The notes: generated by a model not told the origin, from the sequence alone. Positions 25,807 through 39,099 are shown, counted from the whole stretch's first letter. The stretch: DNA of 62,335 nucleotides, filler included, from Dimorphilus gyrociliatus (GCA_904063045.1; 4 parts of 4 records of this genome joined end to end with filler, not necessarily neighbours in it), one strand, 5' to 3'. Numbers and translations are program-made.

Positions 25807-27162
25807 CATACTGTGTGGTAAGAAAAAAAACACGACACTCTATTTTTTATTAAAAAGCGCGTTTTAGGAGATATAAAAATATATTGTTATATTAATAAAG
25901 GCTGTATTTTCACATAAATTAGTATCCTAATGCCTATTTTTTATTGGTATTGACTAAAATCGTAGTTTGATGGATTTTTTTGAGACTGTTAAGAGAAAAA
26001 CAGGACATTTTTTATTTATCAATTTAGCACCTTTTGCTCTATAAACCAATAAAGAACGTTTTTTGGAAGATAATGGCAGCCTCTGGTACACATTGATGGG
26101 CATATTACTCTATTGACGCACTATTTCTACCTTTAATTCTTCTTTTGATTTGAATACCTTTTTTCATATTTTTGTTTTTATAAGTTCCCAAAGGTTCTTT
26201 ATTAGGCTGAAATCTGGAGATTGAGCAAGCCAATCTTCAACTATAATATTATTTTCTATAAAAACTCTTTAGCCAACTTGTTAGTGTGCTTGGGATTATT
26301 ATCCTAAACAAAAATATAGACAGATAGTCCCATTTTGGTAACTGAATCAAATAAACAAGAGTTTAGCATATTACAATGATAGGTAGCGTCCATTTTTACA
26401 TATATGAGTTTAAATATTCCTTTACCTCCATATGACCCTATACCATAACAAACCCTCCACCAAGTTTTAAGTTGCTTTAAGATTATCAAGATTATATTCT
26501 TTATTGTTACCATCTGAATTTTGCAGTTAAATCTACATTGGTTACTAAACATCATCTTATTTATCGCCTGTTCTGGGCACTCTTGGTCCATCTCTTGTCC
26601 GCCTCAAAACGTGAAAGAATATGACAAGGCACCAATAAAAGCTTTTTTATGAGAGAACATAAAAAATATTGTTATTATTAGGATGTTTACATATTGGAAC
26701 ATGGGATATTCTAACTCCTATATCTTCCCCGGTATTTTTGGACAACTTCCTACACGAAATATCATTCTTTTTTGAACTTGATTGAGTATATCGTCATTTA
26801 TAATAAAGTAACTTTAGATGACCTGCCATTATTACATAAATTCTTATTATATTTACTGTACTTATTGACAATGTAACCCAACTAAAGACTTTGGAATATC
26901 AAGTATTTCTCCTATTTTTCGATATGATAAACCTGATTTGATCAGGCCTATGACCTCTCCCTTTTTGCTCCCTGAGTATTGATGTGACATTTTAGGGCAA
27001 AAAATTTTTTATTTATACTAAAGTGGAGGGAAAACTTAAATTTGATTTTTGTTTAGGGGGGTTTCTTAGCAGTCTCAAAAAAATCCATCAAACTACGATT
27101 TTAGTCAATACCAATAAAAAATAGTCATTAGGATGCTAATTTATGTGAAAATACAGTCTTTA
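25807..27162 (-). mobile_element. Second Tc1-like transposon with long inverted repeats, degenerate; right end cut by the contig end
   Basis: 25896-25995 is the reverse complement of 27062-27162. ATG 26990 (CCCTAAA-ATG). Remnants DNNPKHT and DWLAQSPD. Left boundary is approximate. Confidence 0.8.
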
Positions 27163-27262
27163 NNNNNNNNNNNNNNNNNNNNNNNNNNNNNNNNNNNNNN
27201 NNNNNNTTAATTAATTAANNNNNNNNNNNNNNNNNNNNNNNNNNNNNNNNNNNNNNNNNNNN
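27163..27262. other. Artificial contig-joining spacer
   Basis: N44-TTAATTAATTAA-N44. Confidence 0.97.
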
Positions 27263-27379
27263 TGGTCTGTTTTTGCCTAATCTTAAAGAGAGTAGCATCT
27301 AAGGAAAAAACCTAAAAATATCATTCAACAGAGATAACTTTCAAAATACACATTGTTTTGTTTTTAATTAGAATATATT

Positions 27380-28110
27380 CTATATTTTTGTAAACATCTT
27401 CTTACAATTAAACCAATTGAATAAATATCTTCTTTCTCTTTAGTTGTTTCTAAATAAATAAGTATTTTTGATTTAATGAAGTAATTGTGGCATTTTTTCT
27501 AAAAAAAATATTATTTCATTTTACTTATTTATTAAAAAGAACATAGAGAAATTATTAACATTATAGAAAATATTTTCTAGAAATATGCTCTTTTCAAAAG
27601 TAATTGAAGCATCATGCAATTGAAAAATTCCTGTTGTAATATCATTGATCATTTTTACAAATTCCCAATTCCTATAAAAATCTTTTGATGTTAATTTAAT
27701 TTCTTCAGAAAATTCATTGGAATATGCATCAGAGGCAATAAATTGACTTTTTTGTAATATGTTTAACACTACGAAAAAAATGGAAATATATTATTTAACA
27801 ATAACTTATTGCCAACAATTTAAGGAATGTTTAAGAGTATTGAGGCTTAAGACTATACTCTCAGTGTCTGTCTATTTTTGTTGGTCTCTTTATGATAAAT
27901 AATATAAATAGTAACCTTTGAGTACTGCTGTGATTCTAGCTTTATTAATCATTTTAAGACTATAGAAATAAAAAAGAGAATGATCAATCAATGACATATA
28001 AGAAAAAACATATATTGAAAGAAAAGGGACAAAGGGCAGTGAACAGAAGAGTGTTGAAATTGTATCAAGGTGAAATTCTTGGTGAAGATGATATTATGGA
28101 TTTCTTTACT
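27380..28110 (-). CDS. Protein-kinase-like (probably pseudokinase) exons directly 3' of the GPCR
   Basis: LKHSLNLLNILQKSQFIASDAYSN (subdomains IV-V-like), WEFVKMINDITTGIFQLHDASITFEKSIFLENIFY (alphaE/VIb-like, no HRD), KEKEDIYSIGLIVRR (subdomain IX-like). Exons are bounded by plausible GT-AG introns. Confidence 0.45.
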
Positions 28111-28148
28111 CTAACTAGAATAACATTGCCCAGAATCTTAAATAAAAA

Positions 28149-31100
28149 TCAACTATTCTGAACCTTTATCCCTTTCCCCCATGACATACTTAAACAATCT
28201 TTTTTGATGACTTTTAGATTTGACAATTTCAAAAATATCATTTAGGGAATACATAATAGGATTTAATAATGAAGTTAATGGAAGGGAAATGGCGACAATG
28301 GCAGCATAAATATCATTAGAAATATGAATTTCAATAAAAACAGCTAAAATTCCAATGATAGAAATTGGTAAACAACATATAACATTTGATATTACAAGTA
28401 TAAAAACTAATTTAAAAACTTTGTAAGCATTTCTTTTAATTTTTTCATTGTCTTTAAATATGAAAAATGAGTTTAGAATAGTAATTGATATATTTATATA
28501 GAGGATAGAAATTAAAATAGTAATTGCTAATAATCCACATCCAAATGTTACAAATGAAAATATCCATCCATCAGTTCTTTCACTTCTTATATAAACAGAA
28601 AAGCAGATTGGTGTTTTTCTGAAAGAATTCTAAAGAAATAAAACCTCTAACTTATTTAAATCTAATATTTAAAGGAAAACAACCTTAAACCATAAACTCT
28701 GCACTAATGCAATGAAAGAGCACAAAAGAAATAGTAAAATCATGAGTACTATGTTAAGTTGTTTAATTTTTGAATGTTTATTGGCGAAAACAATTCCTTG
28801 GTGTCTTTCTAAAGTCATTAAAAAAAGACTCCCGTATGAAAATAAGACTGAAAATGTTGCAGATGATCCTAAAAATAGACACAATTTGCCTTCTCTCCAC
28901 AGTAAATCATTTACAATATATTCATTTTTATAATATAAATCAACAATTGCAATACTAAACATATAGACTGATGTTAATAAATCACCAACAACTAAAGATA
29001 ATCTATAGCCATTAAAAAGATTTCCTAGTTTAAAGATTAATGCCAATGTAAGAATGTTTGCCATTATTCCAAATAATCCAAAACACCAAAATATAATTCT
29101 AATATAATTTGAACTTAAAAGATTTGAACAAGTGCTAAAAACTGATTTAGATGATAAACATGTTACATTTGAATTAATTAATTTCCATATTAGACAGCAT
29201 AATAGGAGCTTTTCATTATAAACTTTTTGAATATTTCTCAAATTTGTCACAATTTCTTGACTATCAGATGCTGGAAACTTTGTTCCATTCAAATGTAATT
29301 GTGTTAATTTTGAAAATTGTATAAAAGAATATTTATTTATTGTTTTTAAATGGCAGTTTGAAATTTTCAAAATATTTAAATTTGAGAATAATGACATATT
29401 GTTATGAAATATTTGAAGTGGATTATTTGAAATATCTAAATATTTTAAATGGAAGCATTTCCAGTGGATAATGTAAACAATATTTTTTATATCATTATAA
29501 GAAAAATCCAAATATTGAAGTAATATTAGATTAATATTCACTTTTTCTAGAGATTTCACATTACTTTTAGTTAGTGTTAGTGAAATGAGATTTGGAATCA
29601 TTTTTAATGTCTTCACATTAAAATGTTTATTATTTGAAATTTGAAGTGATTTTAAATTTGTATTTAATATTTGAATTTGTAAAATAACTAATTGTCCATA
29701 AATTGATAATTTTTTTAAAGAATAATTCAAAAGTTCTACAGTAAGATTCTTTTCCATTTGTTTTGATGTTTGTAATGCTCCATTGCAAATATATTCATAA
29801 AGTGTAATGTTTTTACAAAAATCCTTAGGTTTAAATAGATTAGTTGAACAGAAAATTTCATCACTACCATATTTACACTGTATTATTCCATCACATACCA
29901 TATTTAAAGGAATAAACTGTTTATTCTTTCTACATTTAAACAACCATTTCTTATTTTTTTCTTCTAAAAAAATGTTCACTATGTCAACAATTTTCATGAT
30001 TTTTATCTTTCTATTATTTACCACAAAACATTTCATCATCATTTGTAATACAATGATTTACTCCATCACAAACTAGGTCAAGTGTAATGCAATAATTTCC
30101 CCTTCTACATTTAAAATCTCCTTCATAGCAGGTAAAATCTTTGTTCTGACAAGTATAAAAATCATAAAAGGGAAAAGAAAGTTTTTTTTCAGTTTTTCCC
30201 AAATATGTATAATGCATATAGCACTCTTTGGAGTTTCTTGCAAAATGATAAGAACAAAATTGAGGACTTTCGTCCTTACTTCCTTCGCAGTCAATTTCAT
30301 AATTGCATTGTTGAAAGTAAGCAATACACTTTTCATTACATTGAAATTGATATGCTTCTCTACAATCTGTAATTGAGGTTTTATATTATTACTATTGGTA
30401 TTACTATTATTTTTGTTACTTTGCGAATATTTTTCATCAATGGCAGTAGCAGTGCCACAATCTTCATCACTTTTATCCAAACAATTTCTCTCATTATCAC
30501 ACATTAGATCTTTATTGATACATTGTTTATTTCTACATTGTCTGAAAAAGAGAGAGAGAGGGTATTAATCACACAATAAATGATTGTCTTGAATGTATCT
30601 TTCAAACCTATGGTTGCAAGAGTCTCTCACTTGAATGAAACACATAGGATTTATATAAATGGATTAAAATATATATATATAAATTTATATATAAATTTAC
30701 TGCAAAATTCTTCATCAGATCCATCTGGACAATCAACATGAAAATCACATACCAAAGTATAACTAATTTCCATATCTGATTGGAAGCAATCAAATCTGTT
30801 TTCCAAAAGATATCTGCAATTTTGTTCATCTTCTCCAAATGAACAATCACATATACCATCACAAAGATATACAATATTGATATATATTTCACTACTTTCA
30901 CATAAATAATTGTTATATTGATGATATTTCAAGGCATTTTTCAAATATAAGAAATTGTTGTAAATTTTGTTGGAATCTAATTTGAGAAGAAAGAAGGAAA
31001 ATTTATTTTTATTAAACAAAAAATTAAAAGTTTATACAAATGAACTTTTGACAAATAAAATAGTTTTGTTTTCTTTTACACGTAACTCTTCTATTTTGCC

Positions 31101-33681
31101 AATCTAAAAAATAGATTACTGTTTATAAACTATAAAATTAATGCAATAATACTTGCTGTAATCATATCGATATTCTAGATTACGTAAATTTTTAGCTATA
31201 GTCTGATTACGGACATAATGAAATTGGAAAAATGTTTTTGTGTCTAAAATTGCATACTAATGAAAATTCAACACAATCTCCAAAAGAGCTATAAATATTA
31301 TGAACTGTATCCCAAGCGTGTTTATAAAATGTAGCATATGTTGCTGTATTGTCTCCATAAATATTTTCATAGATTAAAAAGATTTCATTTCTCTAATGAA
31401 TGAAGCTGCAGCTAAAGTATTTTTTGTATCCAATTAAATTAGATTACCTGCAAATTGGAAGGCATGTATGTTGGAATTTGTGAATATGGAAAGTTTGATG
31501 ATGTAACATCAATTTCACTTTCCTTAAATTCAATTCTCTTTAAAACTAGTAAAAGACAATTTTTATTTTTTTTTGTTAAGATATTTAAAGAGACTGTGAA
31601 TACCATCATAAATGTTAAAAAATGTCATATATTCTCCACTCTTTTTAAATATATAAGTAAAATATGATTGTAAAAATAGCATTACTTCCAGTGGATTTAT
31701 ACTACGAATATCAGCTAATGTCATATTCATTGATTGACATCTTTTATCCATTTCATACACAGACAGTTGTCTGTTCTTTTCATAATTAAACAAATAACAC
31801 ACTGAGTTATATTCATAAAAATTTCTTCCAAAACAATTTGATGGTTTTATCATTATATTTGTACAAACTAAATCAAATTTATAAATCCGATAGCCTCTAT
31901 TGCAATTTTACTTGTTTTTATCTCTTTTTTTTGGAATAAAATTTAGAAAAAAATAATGTTTTACTTTGATTGGAAAAATTCACAATCTGTAAGATTTCTA
32001 GATGTTTTATTACAGCGAATTTCATTTATATTTTCTGTTGTGGTCAATTCTTCATTTTCCCAAGTATAGACAAGTTGAGTATGGTTAAATCCAAAATTTT
32101 TGCAAATAATTTCATGTTCATGTTGGTGAACAAATGGAACAGTTTTCCAATTATGATTCATATACACCTGTAAATTACCTGTAATAGTACTTAGAGAATG
32201 TTGTCTCCAAGGTAAAATAGAAAATCTATTGGTTGTAAATCTAAAGTTTTTGTCTTGAAAATTTCATGTAAGGGAAATAATTATGCTCATGATCATTTAT
32301 TTAAATGATTTCCTTTTTCACCTTTGACACATGCCGTGTCTAATATAGATAAATTTTGACCAATATGTTCATTGTATTGACAATTAAACAAATGAAGTCT
32401 ACTTGTTGAACAATACCAAATTGGTTGCTAAATTATGCAAAGATTATATATAATCTTATATAGGCTTAATATATAACATCCTCTATACATACAACTTGTT
32501 TTGTTGTTTTGAAATAGCATGTATTAAAATGATAAGTCATGTTAAAATTAAAACACAAACTATCACAAAAATATTGTAATTTTTGAATATGTTCAAAAAT
32601 AGGTGGACCAACTCCAAATGTTTTTGTATATAAAATATATTCAGTTTTTATATTAAACATATTTAAATAAGCAAATGTTCTATTTTTATTGTTTCCTAAC
32701 AATTCGAAATTAACATCTAAAAAGAAACAAAAGTTGAAATCAAAAAATTTTGTTTGAATATATTTAAAAACAATCCTTACCTGACAAAAGTGTAAAATAG
32801 CAGACTGATTCAACATTTGATGCTTTTTCAATGTATTTGATTTTTTTGATTTTTTGATGTTTTAAATATAGTTTTGCAGTTTTAATTTTACTGATATTGT
32901 AGTCTCCTGTATGATTATATACAACAAATTCTGCTAGTTCACAAATTTCTTTTGTTTTAGCATTAAATACAAAATAACTTATTTTCAAGTATCTTAAAAG
33001 GAGATAAAAGTTCAACATTTTAGAATTAATGGCAAAAAAATCTGTAAAATGCAATAAATTTAATAACAAGTTGATAAATAACAAAAGCATAAAAATTGTT
33101 GATCACATGACTAATATCTCATGAGCAATATTTTTAGACAGTAAATAACAATGCTTTCAAAGAGATTAAACAAAAAAGTTGATTGATTATTAGTCAAATT
33201 ATCAGAAAATTTTCTTATGTAACATATACATCTTGATGTTGTTTTAAAGCATTTTATACATAATGCAGTTTCAGTGTTGTTTGTAATTTTAAATCTTTTT
33301 GAAGAAAAACAAGAAAAAACAAACATAGACAGATGTTTAAACAACTTACATTTCATATTTGAGATTTTCTTTGAAATCCAATTGTAGTACGACTTTTTTG
33401 ACATTGTAAAATTTACATGGATAAGAATATGAATTTAAAAAATCATAGTCCATATCTTTGCATAACTTTAAATTCTGAGACAACTTTAATCTGTTATATT
33501 TGATATTAAATGACACATTTAATTGATTTTTAGCAATTAGGTATCCCTTATCAGCACTAATGCTATTTAAATGGAAATTTTCTATTTTTAAACTATAATT
33601 AAAATCACTACAAACAAAATTCAAACTAATCAACAAAATAGAAATATATAATCTCAAGTTCATTGAAAGATTGTTGTTCAT
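28149..33681 (-). CDS. GRL101-like LDLa/LRR class A GPCR with extended ectodomain (C-type lectin-like, SRCR-like, several LDLa repeats, LRRs, 7TM)
   Basis: Signal-like MNLRLYISILLISLNFVCS. CFGRNFYEYNSVCYLF (CTL). LDLa repeats such as LCDGICDCSFGEDEQNC, VCDFHVDCPDGSDEEFC and LVCDGVNHCITNDDEMFC. LRRs. STCSNLLSSNYIRIIFW, LVVGDLLTSVYM, LMTLERH. Last TM exon 28632 onward has LPISIIG...LLNPIMY; first stop at 28149. Confidence 0.85.
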
Positions 33682-33899
33682 CTTCAGAAGTATGATTACT
33701 ATAAGTCATATGAAAAGTAACATTGCTATTAAGTTATTAATTCATGGGCTTTAAATTTTAAAATACCATAACCATATTGCTTTTCAATTTGAAATATTCG
33801 CTTATATTCAATTTTAATCCATTTACATTGCTTATAAGATTTCACTTCAATAATAACTCCATTAGAAGATGATTTAGATTTTACAAATGAGTTAGTAAA

Positions 33900-35120
33900 T
33901 ATAGGACCAGTGAACATACTAACAAAATCATTTTTGGTACCATCATACTTTTTACCTATGCATAATTTTAAAGCAGGAATTTGGTGCGAAGTTAGATGTA
34001 CCTGGTATGTATTTAATATAATTTGGGGTAGATTGCCAATATCAAATCTGTCTTCTGCAATAGTTTATTTATATTTTGCCAGAATTTGGGTAACTTTTTC
34101 CTTCATCTCTGGATTTTCTTGTTCAATTATTGTCTGAAGGGTATGTATTTGACTCTCATTCTTTTTCATAGTAAGAGGAACTGGGTAAAGTCCCTTGAAA
34201 GATAAGTGCTGTGTTCCAATAGAGTAATTCTTTTCTGTAACTGGCTGGAGTATAATTTGCCTCCTGCCAAAGTCAAGAGTAGCTCCATTTTGTTGTAGAA
34301 AGTCACACCCAATGATACATTGTTGTGTAATGATTTTGTTGATCAGAAAGCATTGTTTAATAATTTTTCCATTAAAATAAAGTCTGAGAATGATTTCTCC
34401 ACATATCTCTCTGCTATTACCTGAAGCAGCTCTAGCATTTTTCACAGTTTGTTCTGGGAAGGATGCTTTTCCTTGAACTTGTCTTAATACCTTTTTTGAA
34501 ATGAAAGATCTGTCACTACCAGAGTCTATCAAGACATCAAACTTAAAACCAGTATTAGTTTCAAATTGTCCAATAAATGTTGAAGCATTTCACTCAGATT
34601 GTTTGCTTTGTAACAGCTGACAAATGGATTCGTCACTATCTGAAAAACAGAGAATATCTTGAACTTCATCATTTTCTGACATGCTTTCATTGTCTAATGT
34701 TTCCAATTTTTGTAGCTTAGGTTCCTCTTTCAGTATCGTCTTTGCTGGTTGATTTTTCTTATAGTACCTGTTTGTTGGAGGTGATGCATACTTTTGGACT
34801 TTTTGGCTTGAAAACTTTTCCTTAGTAGCATTTTTTTTGTCAGGTAGATGCTTTCTATTCCAAAAATTTGGGGTTTCTGTAGAAGCATATTTTCTGATTA
34901 CCTGGGTTTTTTTGGGCTCTTTTCTTTGTTGAGTTTCCAATTTTGACACCATTGTGATTGCTTTTCTTTGAGTTAGTTTTAATGAAGTTTCTGCTTGCTT
35001 AGCAGCATCATATAGTTCTGCCAATGTTTGACATTTAGGATGTAAGGTGTACACTAAATGTAGAATATCCTGTTGTAATCCTCTTTGTAAAACTTCCATC
35101 AGTTTTATTTCTTTTTTCTT
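33900..35120 (-). mobile_element. Ty3/Gypsy remnant (gag C-terminus, aspartic protease, start of pol linker)
   Basis: TLAELYDAAKQAE (gag-like). FDVLIDSGSDRSFIS (retropepsin DSG) and CIIGCDFLQQNGATLDF. In-frame stops; no intact RT seen. Confidence 0.75.
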
Positions 35121-35899
35121 TCATAGTTGCAAGCAATTGTGATTACATTGGTCTAGGTGGAGAAAACCTCTTTATCTAATGTTTGAAAATTTTTTTTTCA
35201 GCAACAAAGAGGAAAGGAAATTTTAGAAATGTAGATGAATGTTCATGGAATAGAGGTGTATCTATAGCATTTCTAACTTTTCTGGCAATCTTGTAATATT
35301 ATCAATAATGTATTTTTCTTAATTAAATTTGTTTTCATTTAAAAAGTGACACAATCTAGTTGAGAAGAGATTAAATTAGTAAAAAATAACATTTTACCAA
35401 TAAGCATCTTTCTCTGTTTTACTTCTTAATCTAACTTTTTCATTTTAAATTATATAGCATTTTCACTTGTGGATAAAAATGAAAATTAATGTTTTCACAT
35501 TTAGTGCTTTGTCCATACCATAAAGTTAAAAGTTAATTTTTAAATGAGGACAGCTGATTGGGTAGTGTGCGAATTGAACTTTTTCAGCTGTCCTTAACCT
35601 TGACCTCTTCATTAATGATGCACTAACAATTTCTTAATCAGGACGACACACTTAATATAATTAAGTATTGTATTAATAAATACAAGAGATGTATATTGGA
35701 TTACCAGAAAAATTGCAATATTTTGAAATCTATTACATTTAACACTACTCAATACATCAATTACTTGAAATAGTAGTTTTTTAAATTAACCTTTAAAATT
35801 GTTACAATATTTAGATTTGTGGCAGTTGTACTAATATTAATTTTATCTCTTTTTCTATTTATGAACAGTTTGTATTTTGAAAATTGAAATAGACTTAGA

Positions 35900-36640
35900 A
35901 TTTGAAGAGATTTTATGATATTGTGCACTTAGATATAATGATATATCAATGCTTAGACTTTAGATATTTGGGGACATTAGAAAGTCTTCTGTTTCATAGG
36001 AATTACAATGGTACAACTATAGAAATACTACTATTTTGTAGGAATTATAATGGTGCAACTTTAGAAAGACTTTTATTTCATTGAGTTAACTTTAGCACTT
36101 TAAAAAGAAATGTGTCAAAGTTGTTTTTCTTAACTATTATCAGATGTTGATGGGATAGATGTGTTATGTGGAAACATATGCTGACCGTATACCCTTTGTT
36201 TGGTGATTATGTTTTTGTGACATCATTCATTGTTTTTATGTTTTTGTGACATATGTAATCCTTTGATAAATTGAACCCAAGCTTTGGGAAATGTATAAAA
36301 GGAAATACATTTCACCAGTTTGGCAGTTCAGTTCTTTAACTGTTAACTGGTTGTTTAAACTTACTTCTTTAGAACAAGAAACTGATTTACTCAATACATA
36401 TTCTTTAAATGAAATACTGCCATTTTGTTGATTAATTTATACAGAAATTACATTTCTTAAGACTACTTGTGGACGAATTTGAAATGTTCTATTTGTGTGA
36501 GTACTTTGGTAAGTTGTTAAGTGATTGGAAAGGACGAATTGAAAACAATTAAACTTCATGGTTGTGAATTGAATGATGAACAAGCTAAATATCTAGGAGA
36601 AACATTTAAACATTGTTCAGCACTGGAAGGTATATATGTC
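35900..36640 (+). pseudogene. Degenerate NLR/LRR-like remnant
   Basis: LKTIKLHGCELNDEQAKYLGETFKHCSALEGIY (RI-type LRR like those of the contig D NLR) and 12-aa repeats LESLLFHRNYNGTT. Paralogous pieces at about 37200-37350 and 39940-40040. Confidence 0.5.
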
Positions 36641-36944
36641 ACAAGAGAAAAAACAAAACATGACAGTTTCAAAATATAATCTCTAAACAAAGGCTACAAG
36701 ACAAACATATACTGCTACACCGCACAACTGCCTTATCAATATCTAACAATAACTAAAATAAAATGAGAGCAGGCAAACTCATCCCTGGGAAAAGATGTCT
36801 CCTTTATGGGAAAATTCATCCCCTTTTTGGGAAAACTCATTTCTTTTTTGCAAGAGCAGTTATACACAATCTTCTTTTTATTTCTATTAAAACTGATAAA
36901 ACTTGCTCTTGCAAAAAAGAAAATGTCCACAAATCAGTACTTTT

Positions 36945-37450
36945 ACCCTAACCCTCACACAGCCCTTAGCTGTACCTAACCTTTTCCTTTAGCCCTTAGA
37001 GGAGACCCTCCTAAGTACAAATCAGTTGCTGTCTTCCTTTGCCTAACCACTTCTCAATCCAAATTTATTTCATAGGAAATAGATTCCTTGACCATAACAG
37101 ATGGTGCCACAATGGAATTAACAATGGAACAAACAATATAGAAAAAATGCAAGTCAAACTTGTTACAGATGTGGAAGGGGCAAGCTTGTTTTTGCAGCGC
37201 CATATGTTAGCATTAAAGTCATGTAATAGTTTTTCATGTTTTTGTTATATGTGCATTGTGAGACCATTACATTTTAACTTTGCAATCTTTTGACCAAGTA
37301 AACCCAAGCTTTGGTAAATGTGTAAAAGAAAATACATATCCAGGGTTGACCAAAAATGCCAACAAATGAGAACTTTCAAGCCAAGATTTGGATTGAGTAA
37401 TGGTTAGGAAGAAGAAAACAGGCAACTGAATTGTACTGAGGAGGGTCTAT
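36945..37450. repeat. Non-autonomous element (Helentron/HINE- or MITE-like) with degenerate AACCCT tract and about 63-bp inverted repeats
   Basis: agaccctcctaagtacaaatcagttg...ctaaccacttctcaatccaaat (about 37003-37065) is inverted at about 37387-37448. Related AACCCT-rich segments at about 50590-50770 and 59805-59990. Confidence 0.5.
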
Positions 37451-38060
37451 TATGGAAGAAAGAAATTTTTTATATTGCAGTGAAAGCAGTTACTATAGGG
37501 CTATGTTCAATTAAAAGACGAAATTTTTAAAACAATGATCTTTGAATCACCCACATGTATACGTATGTAGAGTTAAAAATAATTACCTACAAAGCCACCC
37601 ATACTTCCTAAACTTCCACCTAAAGAGGGAGCGATAGATTTTGATGAACCTTTGGATTTCTCAATAAACTTGACACATTTAATTGATATTACACATTCAG
37701 TTCTTCTATGAATATATCTTATGTTCCATTTGGTATAACACCAAGCACAATGCTTTAATTTAGAACATGTCCTGCAGGATTAAGATAAAATAATGTAATT
37801 TCAATACAACAAAGTACAAATATGGTGCAGTCGACAGCCCACAATTCAACTTTAAGGAATGATATTTTGGTTTATGAAAGTGACAAAACCAGAGCAAAGG
37901 AAATAGATGAGTATCTCTCATAAAAATGAAATAATATTGAGAATTAAGGGTAGTGAATTCAAAGTTGATGGTAATAGTTTTTTGAAATACCATTCATCAA
38001 CTGGGGCAGCTACAATTCCTGAAGGTATGGCAAACTGAAACTTTCTTTTCTGGAAAACAT

Positions 38061-39090
38061 TTGGCTGAAGAAGTATTAAAACATCACTGTGACTCTAAAG
38101 ATGCTATTCCATCAATGGATAATTGTGCCAGATTAGCAAATTGGACAAAAATGAGATTTCAGCCAGCAGAGCTAACAGATGTCCACTCAACTTTTGATTT
38201 ATCATTTATACCTAATAATTTTTTGGTGAAAGATATTAAAATGAAAGATGACAGGATAATAATATTTTCAACTCCAAAACAAATTGAGCTTTTGTCAAAG
38301 GGAAAGATATGGTTTTTGGATGGTACATTCAAATGTGTTAGAGATCCATTTTACCAGTGGTTCACTGTTAATGGATTCATTAAAAAACATGGAGAAATGA
38401 AACAAGTTCCCTTACTGTTTGCATTTATGGCCTCCAAGAAAAAGACAGATTATAAGAAATTATTTCAGGTAAATGCTTTTCAACTTGCAAAAACAAAATA
38501 TTAAAAATGTTAAAACAGTCAAGAAAGGAGCTGACCAATCAACATATACCAATGAAATTTGTTGTTGATTTTGAAAGGGGTATCTGGAGAGCTTTGTCAG
38601 CTGTTTATCCTGAGGCTACAATTAAAGGATGTGTCTTTCACTGGACCCAATCAGTGTTTAGAAAAATTCAGGTAATCCTTATAATCATTCACCATGAAAA
38701 TATGAATATATATTTTAATTATAGGAATTGGGCTACTCTGGTGAATATAAAGCAAAAGGAAAGAGCTATCATAACATAATGATCTGTAAGGATGGCACAA
38801 CAGATTAAATATGAATATTCATGCAAATTCCTCATTGTATGTGATCATTGATGAATTAAAGAGAAAAGCAGAGTTGATTACACTTTACAAAAATTATATA
38901 ATTGCAATTATAATAGGGAAAAGTCATCCCCTTTTTGTAAAAGCAAGTTTTAGCATTTTTAAAAGAAATAATAAGAAAAATGTATATAATACAGTTGATG
39001 AAAAATAAGAAATTTATCAGAGTTAACAAACTAAATACAACATAAAAATGCTGAATATATGAAAATCACAATTTAAAGATGTTAATCAGA
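38061..39090 (+). mobile_element. MULE (Mutator-like) transposase pseudogene with introns and an internal deletion
   Basis: WFLDGTFK, KQVPLLFAFM, FVVDFERGIW, IKGCVFHWTQSVFRKIQ, GWHNRLN. GT-AG introns after LFQ and RKIQ. Confidence 0.85.
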
Positions 39091-39099
39091 ATAAATGTT

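Noticed and set aside
34530-34600. Programmed UGA readthrough between Gypsy gag and protease
   Set aside because: Context TGA-AAT is not a known leaky context, and a further in-frame stop follows the protease, so simple decay is sufficient
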